The position numbers and the translations under genes are program-made. Below, one piece after another: positions 40,800 to 49,916 of a DNA stretch of 64,000 nt; position 1 is the first letter of the stretch, and every line of letters begins with the position of its first letter. This DNA is from Thermoplasmata archaeon (GTDB taxonomy: Archaea > Thermoplasmatota > Thermoplasmata > Thermoplasmatales > GCA-001856825): positions 14,224 through 78,223 of the forward strand of contig JAJZYT010000004.1 of NCBI GenBank assembly GCA_021797915.1. The letters run 5' to 3'. The notes beneath the pieces were generated by a model, which was not told the origin of the DNA, did not search any database, and saw nothing but the letters and a program-made list of their open reading frames with translations.

Positions 40800-41612
40800 C
40801 TATTTTTCTGCATTCCAATAGAAGGAATATTTGCGATAAGAAGTCGGAGTTATCTTTTTCTTGTTCTGATTCTCGTATTCTACAATCTTGTTTGGTTTAC
40901 CAAACACTGCAGCGGCAGCCGTGTCATTATTGTCAAAGGTTATCAGAAACTTTCCTTTTATGCTAGAAGTAACCTGTCTGAGTTTTTCAAGATCCAGCTC
41001 TGAAAAACCATATTCATACCACTTTTTGCTAGAATAAGGTGGGTCACAGAAGAAAAGGGTATTGAAGCTATCATACTTTTCGAAAATCTCGACATAATCC
41101 AGGTTCTCAATTTCCCACTTTGACACTTTTGTGCTAATTTCTTTGAAGCTTGTCACTATCCTTTTCATTAGAGTATAGCTAGATTTTTCTTTGCGTGTGC
41201 GATAAGTCGCCCCCATCCCACCAAAACCAACATTGAATTGATAAAATGTTCTCAGAGCTTTGTCGTACTCGTCAATATTGATTGATCCCACTTTCTTGAG
41301 CACTTCTCCATATCTTAGGAACTCCTCCTTGCTCTTGGTCCAATATTCAGCCCTCTTCAAAAACTCGTTAGGTCCCTCTTTTATGACTTTAAAGAGGTTG
41401 TACAAATCCACATTGAGGTCATTATAGATTGTTTTAGATGCTTCAATGTTTAGGGAAACAACACCCGAACCCCCAAAGACGTCTACAAAGTTACTCTTAT
41501 TTGAATCGCAGAATATCTTAGATATTTCTGGCAATAGAACCGTCTTCGAGCCCGGGTATTTGATCAGTTTGAGAGGTTTCATCCCAGCCACGAGTGTGAG
41601 AGGTAGAGTCAT
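40800..41612 (-). CDS. Dam-type DNA adenine methyltransferase (orphan)
   Basis: KYPGSK, FVDVFGGSG, YNDLN, DPPY. Confidence 0.88.
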   Translation of the reverse strand: MTLPLTLVAGMKPLKLIKYPGSKTVLLPEISKIFCDSNKSNFVDVFGGSGVVSLNIEASKTIYNDLNVDLYNLFKVIKEGPNEFLKRAEYWTKSKEEFLRYGEVLKKVGSINIDEYDKALRTFYQFNVGFGGMGATYRTRKEKSSYTLMKRIVTSFKEISTKVSKWEIENLDYVEIFEKYDSFNTLFFCDPPYSSKKWYEYGFSELDLEKLRQVTSSIKGKFLITFDNNDTAAAAVFGKPNKIVEYENQNKKKITPTSYRKYSFYWNAEK

Positions 41613-42046
41613 TTGAACTTGAGACCCTGGTTCTGATAGTGTCCCGAACGTTTTTCATAGGTCTTAACAGCTTCTTTGTCCATGTTTAGAAAGATCATCT
41701 GAAAGACACCCTTCTCCTTTACTACATCTACAGTCTCCTCTCCCAGATTCTTAAGATAGAACCTGATCTTGCCATTGAAACCTGCATCCACAAACCCGAA
41801 ACTTGCCACAACCCCTCTCCTCGCATAAGAGGATCTGAGGAACATCATAGAACCCATGAATCCGGGTAGTGAAACAGCCTCAACAGTCTCTACCTGTGCC
41901 CCGTGGTTCGGTTCAATTACAACTCTTTCAGTAATGCTGAAATCATAACCATTTGGTGTTAGCTTAGCAGGGTCAAATGGGTCTATGGACATTGTCCCGT
42001 TCTGAATAAGCTCAAGAATAGTGCCGTCAGATACGATCATAAACAA
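41609..42046 (-). CDS. trimeric dUTPase/dCTP deaminase family protein, probably archaeal dUTPase
   Basis: NGYDF, LRSSYARRG, VDAGFNG, YQNQ; no Glu at the deaminase position (GKIRFYL). Confidence 0.75.
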   Translation of the reverse strand: MFMIVSDGTILELIQNGTMSIDPFDPAKLTPNGYDFSITERVVIEPNHGAQVETVEAVSLPGFMGSMMFLRSSYARRGVVASFGFVDAGFNGKIRFYLKNLGEETVDVVKEKGVFQMIFLNMDKEAVKTYEKRSGHYQNQGLKFK

Positions 42047-42080
42047 AGAAAACTTTTATGTTTAAAATATTTGTCAAGTA

Positions 42081-43145
42081 ATGTTTGACGAAGAAACAGT
42101 GAATGCTTTCTCAGGGGGATATAAAGTTTCTAAGTCGGGCGTCGTGACTCTATTCGGAAGACCTGCTGTCTCTACCTTAAAGAGGGTTATCGCGTTCCCC
42201 GCATCTCTTTCAATTCATTCTCTAGTAAGGAAAAGTGAGTCGGTTGTCTGGAGAGGTACAAATGCTATAGATCTCCCTTACGAAATTTCTAAACTCTCTA
42301 ATGACTGGTACGATCCAATAAGAATGATGGTCAACATTGCAATCCAGAGAGGGTGGAAGCATCCCCCATATATAATGGCGGATGAACATCTAGGTTACCA
42401 GATGGCTTTAGGATATTATTCTGCATTCATAGATTTACTAGTCCAGGCTTTTTCAACAATTAACGAAATAACCCTGAGCCCTGCCGAATTCAATCAGATC
42501 AGTACCGAGATTCAAGGAAAGGTCAAAGGGCAGACTTATCTATATGAGACCCTTGCAAGACAGCAGGGAAAAAATAACAACTTATTGTTCTTCGAGTCCT
42601 CCTCAAACTCATTCAGAAATGAAATCGTCAACTTTGAGCCCTTTTCAATGTTTCTGATATCTGAGAATTATCTAGGAGATAACCAGAATTATGCGAATTT
42701 CGTTAGAAACTTCAAGAAATTTAGAGATAGTGGTATGGATAACAGAGATCCAGCCACTCTCAGTTTCCCTTATGTTGGGATCAGAAATCACTCAATAGTT
42801 GAAGAAGAGATGTATGATCGCACCACAAAGGCATTCGAAGAGAATGATGTTGATTCATTCATTCAGTTTCTTTCGAAGTACTCCCAGTCGCTTGGCTACA
42901 ACTTGGGAGTCCTATCTGATTTTCAGAAGAACATTGCGAATCTCCTTGAAAGGTACAAAATTAAGAATTACCTCTTCAGCGTTGGAGAATATTCGGGTTC
43001 GGTTCTGGTTTTTGTGGATTCCCAAGAGCTTGCCACGATTAGAGACAATTTGATTCGTGAATATTACAACAAAACAAACAGGACTTTGAGATTTGATGAG
43101 TTGCAGGTTCTCAACAACTCGTCACGAGAACCTATCCGAGCCTGA
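42081..43145 (+). CDS. GHMP-kinase (galactokinase-like) fold protein with degenerate motifs
   Basis: SGVVTLFGRP resembles PGRVNLIGEH; NHSIVEEE..AFEENDVDSF.Q..S.SL resembles the GalK C-domain; VGEYSGSVLVFV resembles TGAGFGGCV. Confidence 0.55.
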   Translation: MFDEETVNAFSGGYKVSKSGVVTLFGRPAVSTLKRVIAFPASLSIHSLVRKSESVVWRGTNAIDLPYEISKLSNDWYDPIRMMVNIAIQRGWKHPPYIMADEHLGYQMALGYYSAFIDLLVQAFSTINEITLSPAEFNQISTEIQGKVKGQTYLYETLARQQGKNNNLLFFESSSNSFRNEIVNFEPFSMFLISENYLGDNQNYANFVRNFKKFRDSGMDNRDPATLSFPYVGIRNHSIVEEEMYDRTTKAFEENDVDSFIQFLSKYSQSLGYNLGVLSDFQKNIANLLERYKIKNYLFSVGEYSGSVLVFVDSQELATIRDNLIREYYNKTNRTLRFDELQVLNNSSREPIRA

Positions 43146-43220
43146 TTTTTCTGCTGCTGATTGGTAAATACCGGCTCAACTAAAAGCAAAATATTTGTAT
43201 TTGCCTTCTAATAACGTACA

Positions 43221-44555
43221 ATGCCACTCTTTGGTACGAATGGAATCAGGGGGGTCTTGAACGAAACAATCACGCCCGAACTTGGTTATAGATTTGGCAT
43301 GGCGGTTGGGACCTACTACAGTGACTCTGACGTAGCACTTTCTTACGATAACAGGACGACTTCTCATTTGTTGAAGGATGCAGTCGAGTCTGGACTGCTG
43401 AATACTGGAAAGAACGTGGTGGACTTAGGCATGATACCAACCCCCACCGCGCAAGTTTATTGTAAACATAATAATGTCCCTGGGGCCATTGTCACTGCCT
43501 CTCATAACCCGCCTAAATTTAATGGTTTCAAAGTCGTCGCAAAGGACGGCTCTAATCCGGGAGAAAACGTTGTAACTAAGATTGAGGATTTGATAGTTGG
43601 TCAAAAATTCAACAAGGTTGGATGGGAGGACGTAGGTGAAGTTAGAAATGATGATGCTGTTGGACTGTACCTGAATGAGATACTCAAGAACGTAAATGTA
43701 CCTAATATCAAGCAAAGGCATTTCAGAGTATTAGTTGACTGTGCCAACGGCACTACTGTAGTAACTACACCAAAACTTTTTCGACGCTTGGAAGTCAACT
43801 ATGTGAGTGTAAATTCAAATGCTGACGGTTTCTTCCCTGGAAGGGGTTCTGAACCCACAGAAGAGACACTTAAAGAATTAATTTCATTTGCAAAGAGTGC
43901 TCCTTTTGACCTGTCGGTAGCTCACGACGGGGACGGAGACCGCTCTGTGTTTTTGGATGAAAAAGGTGAGTTGATAGATGGGGACAAGTTGGTGGCTCTC
44001 GTTGCAGATCACTTGTTAGAACTCAAAAAGGGAGACCTGGTGTTTCCGGTAGCTTCAAGTTTCTTGATTGACAGAATAGCTGAAAAGCATGGTGTCAAGG
44101 TTATAAGAACTCCAGTAGGGGCACCTGTGATATCAGAGGTTCTTACATCCTCAAAGGGATTGATGGGAGGGGAGGAAAATGGAAAGGTGATCCTTCCACA
44201 CTACCTGAACGGAGGAGACGGAGGGTTGGCGGTGGCCCTTGCCCTAGACATCATTTCTTCTGGGGGAAGGGAGATATCGAGTTTGATAAGGGAACTACCA
44301 GACTATAAACTAAAGCGAATTAAACTTTCAAATAGATCAGACTTTGAACGGGTAAAGAACTTGTTAATGCAGCGATATACAAATATGAAACATGATGAGA
44401 TAGATGGCCTGAGGCTTGTGGAAGGCGATAGTTTTATCCTCACCCGGAAGTCGGGGACGGAACCAGCAATTAGGATTTATATTAGCTCAACAAGTTCAGA
44501 CTGGATAAAGTCCCGCGAAAGGGAAGTTCTGAAGATTATCGGGAACCCAAGTTAG
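43221..44555 (+). CDS. alpha-D-phosphohexomutase (PMM/PGM/GlmM family)
   Basis: LFGTNGIRG, TASHNP, DGDGDR, GGEENG, RKSGTEP. Confidence 0.92.
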   Translation: MPLFGTNGIRGVLNETITPELGYRFGMAVGTYYSDSDVALSYDNRTTSHLLKDAVESGLLNTGKNVVDLGMIPTPTAQVYCKHNNVPGAIVTASHNPPKFNGFKVVAKDGSNPGENVVTKIEDLIVGQKFNKVGWEDVGEVRNDDAVGLYLNEILKNVNVPNIKQRHFRVLVDCANGTTVVTTPKLFRRLEVNYVSVNSNADGFFPGRGSEPTEETLKELISFAKSAPFDLSVAHDGDGDRSVFLDEKGELIDGDKLVALVADHLLELKKGDLVFPVASSFLIDRIAEKHGVKVIRTPVGAPVISEVLTSSKGLMGGEENGKVILPHYLNGGDGGLAVALALDIISSGGREISSLIRELPDYKLKRIKLSNRSDFERVKNLLMQRYTNMKHDEIDGLRLVEGDSFILTRKSGTEPAIRIYISSTSSDWIKSREREVLKIIGNPS

Positions 44556-44595
44556 TATAAAAAGGACAAAATAATTATATTATCAGCCAGTCTTT

Positions 44596-44967
44596 ATGGC
44601 TATGCAGATAGGGATAGAGGGAGTAGCAAGAAAAGCGGGACAGCGGATCAAAACAATTTCAGAGGTGTTCTATCCTCCAATCGACATTTCTGAAGAAGGG
44701 GAGGAAATTCACATCTACCTAGATTTACCTGGATTCAAGAAGGAAGACGTCAAGATACTGAGCACCAAAAATGGGCTTAAAGTCTCTGGAAAAAGAGAGA
44801 AGAATCCCACGGGTAAGCTTGTCTACGAAGAAAGGGTTGATGAGTTCTCAAAATTCATCAGAATCAATGGCGAATTCGAACCTGACTCCATCAAAGCTTC
44901 GATGGTTGACGGTGTCCTAGGAATAACGGTCAAAAGGAAAGAAGTAAAAACAGTACCCATAAGCTAG
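44596..44967 (+). CDS. small heat-shock protein (Hsp20)
   Basis: PPIDI.E, DLPGFKKEDV, VSGKR, A.MVDGVL.I. Confidence 0.92.
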   Translation: MAMQIGIEGVARKAGQRIKTISEVFYPPIDISEEGEEIHIYLDLPGFKKEDVKILSTKNGLKVSGKREKNPTGKLVYEERVDEFSKFIRINGEFEPDSIKASMVDGVLGITVKRKEVKTVPIS

Positions 44968-46490
44968 TTTCGGAAAGATAGCGCAGCAAAGATTGTCCCG
45001 CCTGCGAAAAGCACTAGTCCATAAAGTGTAGTTGTAATGATAATAGCACCTGAGATTAGGAAACCGGATGCGATAATTGCACTTGAGTAATTAGGACTCT
45101 TCTTTTTGGGCTGAGTTCTATTGATATTTCTGATAAGTTCAGGTATGCTTAGGTAGTCGTTTAACAGCTTCTCAATCCTCTTAGGAATTTCGAGGATTCT
45201 TCTCTTCAAGACCTTAAATGCAGCTTTTTCGTTCTTCATAATTTCAGCAACTACCTCAATGAAATTGAAATTCTTATCGAGGGTCTTGCAGACACCATCT
45301 AGGATAACAGACATTCTCGCAAATAATGCAAGACCATATGGGAGCCTGAAAGGAAATCTCAAGAGGACCGTATTTGCCTTATGTACAAGTTCTTCATATT
45401 CCATCTTGCTGATTTCCTTTCCTTCTAAGTCCTTGAAAATGGTGTTAAGAACCTCTTCCATGAATATTTTGTCTGCCATCGGGTCAATTAGGTCTATATC
45501 CACCAGAACATTGAGTAGATGCCTAGCGTCAAATGTGGATAGATAGTAGTAACCCATGAGCAGTTTGTCTCTCATCTCTTCTGGCAGTTCGGAAGTCATT
45601 CCATAATCGAGTAAGACAAGTTTGTTGCTCTTGTTCCATCCAATATTCCCCGGATGTGGGTCTGCGTGGAAACGACCTTCCCGAAGTGCGAGTCTCAGAA
45701 ATAGCTCGTCTAAGACCTTAGCAATTCTGGGAAGGTTGGCATTGTTCTGTTTCAGGGCATCAATGTCTGTGATCTTTATGAAGTCCATGAATTCCATAAC
45801 TAGTACTTTCGACGTTGAGACTTCTTTGTAAGTTTTAGGAACCATTACCTCCATTTCAAGCTCCAGTTCCTTTATCTTCTCACCAATACTTTCAATAGAT
45901 TCCGCCTCCCTCTTGTAATCAAGTTCCAGTTCAAGACTAGTGAGAAATTGATCCGCAAAACTGGATAAAGAAAATGATTTGCCGGTAAACCGTTCCAGTA
46001 GGGCAACAAATGCATAGACCTTATCCTTATCCTTCCTAATTCTCTCTCTGATGTTTGGCCTGTTCACCTTCACGGCCACATCATGACCTCTGTATTTTGC
46101 CTTGTAAACCAATCCAAGACTTGCACCGGATATTCCAGACTTATCAAATTCCTCGAACACCTCTTCTAGTTTTCCGATCTCTGATTCTATAAGTTCCTTT
46201 ACCGGTTCAAACAGAGGCATCGGTACGGAATCTTGTAAATCGGTTAGTATCTCAATGTACTCCTCAGGTACGACATCTCTCCTGGAAGATAACATCTGAC
46301 CTAATTTAATGAAGAGGGGACCAGATTTGATCATTGTGTCTCGTAGTTTAATTGCCTCAGCGATACTCCTTTTCCGATCGGGTGGTTCTCCCTTAGACTC
46401 TAGTATCCTCTGATAACGTTTCAGATATCGTGCTCGTGGGTAATATCTGATAGCGACACCCAGACCCTTCAGTTTTCCAGTGAAAGTCAT
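44964..46490 (-). CDS. ABC1/AarF/UbiB-family atypical kinase
   Basis: FIKLGQMLS, ASLGLVY, VAVKV, ELDYKRE, FHADPHPGN, LDYGM; C-terminal TMs. Confidence 0.92.
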   Translation of the reverse strand: MTFTGKLKGLGVAIRYYPRARYLKRYQRILESKGEPPDRKRSIAEAIKLRDTMIKSGPLFIKLGQMLSSRRDVVPEEYIEILTDLQDSVPMPLFEPVKELIESEIGKLEEVFEEFDKSGISGASLGLVYKAKYRGHDVAVKVNRPNIRERIRKDKDKVYAFVALLERFTGKSFSLSSFADQFLTSLELELDYKREAESIESIGEKIKELELEMEVMVPKTYKEVSTSKVLVMEFMDFIKITDIDALKQNNANLPRIAKVLDELFLRLALREGRFHADPHPGNIGWNKSNKLVLLDYGMTSELPEEMRDKLLMGYYYLSTFDARHLLNVLVDIDLIDPMADKIFMEEVLNTIFKDLEGKEISKMEYEELVHKANTVLLRFPFRLPYGLALFARMSVILDGVCKTLDKNFNFIEVVAEIMKNEKAAFKVLKRRILEIPKRIEKLLNDYLSIPELIRNINRTQPKKKSPNYSSAIIASGFLISGAIIITTTLYGLVLFAGGTIFAALSFRN

Positions 46491-46667
46491 TGGGCCATGA
46501 AGGTATTTGCTGTATAAGAATATTCAATTTGCTTATATTGCTACTGGAAGGGTATAAATCGCCGGAACTTGATATCACAAGTTTCCTTTTAAATTATGGA
46601 GTTTAAATGCCCCAAATACGACAATGAAAAGTTATTATCTGTATTCAAATATAGGTAAAAGGTTCAA

Positions 46668-47882
46668 ATGGAGACCTTGACTCTTGTCGGATGCCAGTTT
46701 GGTGATGAAGGGAAAGGAAAGATCATAGATTACCTTTCGAAGGACTTCGATATCAATATACGCTTCAATGGTGGAGAAAATGCTGGACACACTGTCGTAG
46801 TGGGAGACAAGACAATAAAGTACCATCTTGTGCCAGCTGGATTCCTCGGAGCTAAGACAGTAGTTATTTCAAACGGAGTCGTGATAAATCTAAGGAAATT
46901 AGTGGAAGAGATTAACTTTTTGAAACAATTTAAAAGCAATTTCGATTTAAAGATCTCTGAAATGGCTCATATCGTTACAGAATTGCATTTCAAGAGGGAC
47001 AGATATTTGGAGCAGCTCCGAGGAGCTGGACTTATAGGAACCACTCTTAAGGGGATTGGTCCAGCATATGAATCAAAATTCGGACGTTATGGTATCAGAT
47101 TAGTAGACTTTAGAAATGTGAATAGGCTGAAAGAGAATCTTGACCTCTTGAGCAAGATTTACCAGATTCCATACGACGAAAAATATATCGATTCCCTTGT
47201 TCAAGATTATAATCAAATAAAGAGTTATCTCTTCGACACTCGGTCGTATTTAGAAACGGAATTGGAAGCAGGCAAGACGGCACTATTCGAAGCTGCTCAG
47301 GGAACTTTCATAGATGTAGAATCTGGCACATATCCCTTTGTGACTTCCTCCCATACTACGTCCGGAGGGGTGACTGTGGGAACGGGCCTTTCTCCGAAAT
47401 ATTTTTCAAAATTCATTGGTGTTGCAAAAGCTTACACGACACGAGTTGGAGAAGGGATGTTTCCTACTGAGATCTTCGGGACAGATGCGGACAAACTTAG
47501 AAGACTCGGCAATGAATTCGGAGCTACAACGGGAAGGCCAAGAAGGGTCGGCTATCTCGATATCCCTATGTTGAGGAGGGCGGTCAAATTAAATTCCCTC
47601 GATTACCTGGCACTGACCAAAGTCGACGTTTTAGGAAAGTTCAATAATATTAAGGTAGCAGTTTCGTACGAATCCAATGGAACTGAAATCAAAGAATTTG
47701 ACCCAATAAACGCTCCTGATAGAATCAACTATGAAAGTTTCAAGCCTTGGGGCAGTAGTGAAGGTAAACTCCAGGATTATGTGGAGTTCATTCAGGACGA
47801 ACTTGGAGTACCCATAGTTCTGATCGGGGTTGGGGAAAAGAGGGACGCAGTAGAACTTAACGGGAAAATGGTGCTAACATAA
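46668..47882 (+). CDS. purA: adenylosuccinate synthetase
   Basis: QFGDEGKGK, NAGHT, GTYPFVTSS, EFGATTGRPRR. Confidence 0.97.
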   Translation: METLTLVGCQFGDEGKGKIIDYLSKDFDINIRFNGGENAGHTVVVGDKTIKYHLVPAGFLGAKTVVISNGVVINLRKLVEEINFLKQFKSNFDLKISEMAHIVTELHFKRDRYLEQLRGAGLIGTTLKGIGPAYESKFGRYGIRLVDFRNVNRLKENLDLLSKIYQIPYDEKYIDSLVQDYNQIKSYLFDTRSYLETELEAGKTALFEAAQGTFIDVESGTYPFVTSSHTTSGGVTVGTGLSPKYFSKFIGVAKAYTTRVGEGMFPTEIFGTDADKLRRLGNEFGATTGRPRRVGYLDIPMLRRAVKLNSLDYLALTKVDVLGKFNNIKVAVSYESNGTEIKEFDPINAPDRINYESFKPWGSSEGKLQDYVEFIQDELGVPIVLIGVGEKRDAVELNGKMVLT

Positions 47883-47913
47883 AATTTAAAGTTCCAGAAA
47901 TTGTTCTAATGAG

Positions 47914-48342
47914 GTGAAGAGGCATTTTCTTTCTAAAAGGGAAACTAAAGAGTTCAAAAGTCTTCTAGATGGCTTCGGGATAGTGGTTGAGTCAAAGACT
48001 CTAGAAATAGAGGAGAATGATCACTCTGTAGTCTATGATGGTACAGTTCCGATACTACTCAAATATCAAGACAAATGGTTGCCTACCCTAAAAATCATGA
48101 GGTCCAAGGACTTTCCAAGGGTAATCATTGACCAGGGGGCATATAATGGAATCAGGAACGGTGCAAATTTGTACTCTGCTGGAATTAAAAATATAGTTGG
48201 AAATCTCAAGAAGGGGTCTACCTGCATCATCGAAAATTTGGAGGGAAGACAGATTGGTTCTGCCTCTGTAGACTCAGAGGAAGCTGACATCCAGAGCAGG
48301 AAGAAAGGAGCTTATCTAAAAGTATACGAATTATACAGGTAG
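47914..48342 (+). CDS. PUA-domain RNA-binding protein
   Basis: RHFLSKRE, LPTL, IIDQGA..IRNGANLYSAGI. Confidence 0.75.
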   Translation: MKRHFLSKRETKEFKSLLDGFGIVVESKTLEIEENDHSVVYDGTVPILLKYQDKWLPTLKIMRSKDFPRVIIDQGAYNGIRNGANLYSAGIKNIVGNLKKGSTCIIENLEGRQIGSASVDSEEADIQSRKKGAYLKVYELYR

Positions 48343-48419
48343 GAGAATACAGGTATTCTGGATTTTATATATTCAAGAAAGTTGAGAAGTGTTAAATAAC
48401 AAAGGCCAACTTCAGTCTT

Positions 48420-49364
48420 GTGAAATTCATAGATCTGCATCAGGACATGGGCATAACTTCTCAAAGAGAAGACGTAATTTCAGAGACTAAGCAATCGAAT
48501 CTCGAAGAGATCAAGAAATTCGAGGATGCAATTGTATTTGGAGTCAATTTTCCCCACATCTTCGTGGTCAACGATAGGGGGGACGAGTTAACCAGACAAT
48601 ATAGAACACCATCGAGGGCATCTGTAGCACTGTGGGATGACTTGATGGAACAACTGAAATTCTACGGATACATCGAGAGAAAAGGACTTGTAGACCTTGT
48701 TCTGAAAAAGGACGATGTGAAGAAGAAAGGTACAAAGATACTTCTCAGTCTTGAAGGAACTGATTGCCTGAAGGATCCTTTTGATTTGTACCTTCTGAAG
48801 GACTTGGGGCTAAGGGCTGTTGGCCTCACCTGGAACTATGATACAAAATTTGCAGCTGCTGCAATGTCCAAGAAGGATTATGGGCTGACGGGATCGGGAG
48901 AAGAGCTGATAAAGATAGCAAACGAGCAGGGGATTTTGGTAGATGTCGCTCACGGAAGCAGAAACACTATACTAGATACTTGCAGTCTTTCAAAGAAACC
49001 AGTCATTTCTTCTCATGGAAATACCAAACACGTATTTGACCACTCTAGAAATCTGGATGATGACTCTCTTGCTGCAATATCAAGAACGGGTGGTGTCATC
49101 GGCATTACTGCAATCAGAGCGACACTCAGTCAGGAACCGTCAATTGCAGACCTGATTAAGCATATGGAGTACGTAGGGGACAACTTTGGATGGGATTACG
49201 TTGCTCTGGGGACGGACTTCTTAGGGATAGAGAATACTCCAAAGGGGTTCGAAAGTGTTTCAAAAATCAGCGAGCTTGCAGAGTTGTTAGGTTCTAAAGC
49301 ACAGAAGGTACTATGGGACAACCCGCTAAGAGTTATTAATCAGGTTCTGCCGTCAAATCTCTAA
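48420..49364 (+). CDS. membrane dipeptidase family (peptidase M19)
   Basis: IDLHQD, SLEG, GLTWN, DVAH, SHGN, RNLDD, GTDF. Confidence 0.9.
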   Translation: MKFIDLHQDMGITSQREDVISETKQSNLEEIKKFEDAIVFGVNFPHIFVVNDRGDELTRQYRTPSRASVALWDDLMEQLKFYGYIERKGLVDLVLKKDDVKKKGTKILLSLEGTDCLKDPFDLYLLKDLGLRAVGLTWNYDTKFAAAAMSKKDYGLTGSGEELIKIANEQGILVDVAHGSRNTILDTCSLSKKPVISSHGNTKHVFDHSRNLDDDSLAAISRTGGVIGITAIRATLSQEPSIADLIKHMEYVGDNFGWDYVALGTDFLGIENTPKGFESVSKISELAELLGSKAQKVLWDNPLRVINQVLPSNL

Positions 49365-49400
49365 CCCATCACCTACTTAGCTGGAGAACGACTGCCAAAT

Positions 49401-49571
49401 TTAGAGCTTGAATCCAGAATCTCTTTGTGCTTCAACCGAAAATTTCATCACTTCTAAATTGCAGCTTGGGTGCGTAGAGCACCACTCGCTGCAATTCCTA
49501 GCAAATTCTCTAGAACTGTAATGCAGGTGGCACTTGTCACATTCATATAGTTCATTTTCCTTCTCCCTCAG
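49401..49571 (-). CDS. Cys/His-rich zinc-finger-like microprotein (not in ORF track; non-ATG start)
   Basis: (CTG)REKENELYECDKCHLHYSSREFARNCSEWCSTHPSCNLEVMKFSVEAQRDSGFKL*. Confidence 0.6.
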   Translation of the reverse strand: MREKENELYECDKCHLHYSSREFARNCSEWCSTHPSCNLEVMKFSVEAQRDSGFKL

Positions 49572-49628
49572 GTGTTGAGTGTTTATAGAATATATGACAC
49601 TTGACCCCCATCCGTCTAATGCTCTTCT

Positions 49629-49916
49629 TCAGAGGTATTTAAGAATATCCCGCCCCTTCATTCCTTCCTTTATTCCCACGTCTCTCGCTTTAGTACTTAC
49701 TCTCATTACCTCTTTGTTTAGAAGGTCATCAAAGGTGTTCACACCTGAAATGGACGCAGCGATAGCTCCTATCTTGTCTGCCGCTTCCATGTTGAGAATG
49801 CCACACATCAAGAATCCTCGTTTTCCATTTATCAGAACTATCGGTGCTGGTTTTGTCTCTATCTTCACTCCAGTGTATACCTCTCCATTTTCTGATATAT
49901 TTTCAATTTGTATCAT
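49629..49916 (-). CDS. YunC/DUF1805 family protein
   Basis: GFLMCGILN, GV..FDDLL, A..VGIKEGM.G; overlaps the polB2 end. Confidence 0.85.
   Translation of the reverse strand: MIQIENISENGEVYTGVKIETKPAPIVLINGKRGFLMCGILNMEAADKIGAIAASISGVNTFDDLLNKEVMRVSTKARDVGIKEGMKGRDILKYL

Noticed and set aside
46564-46586. Imperfect inverted repeat GGAACTTG..CAAGTTTCC upstream of purA
   Set aside because: No matching motif seen upstream of guaB; a single short palindrome is not enough evidence
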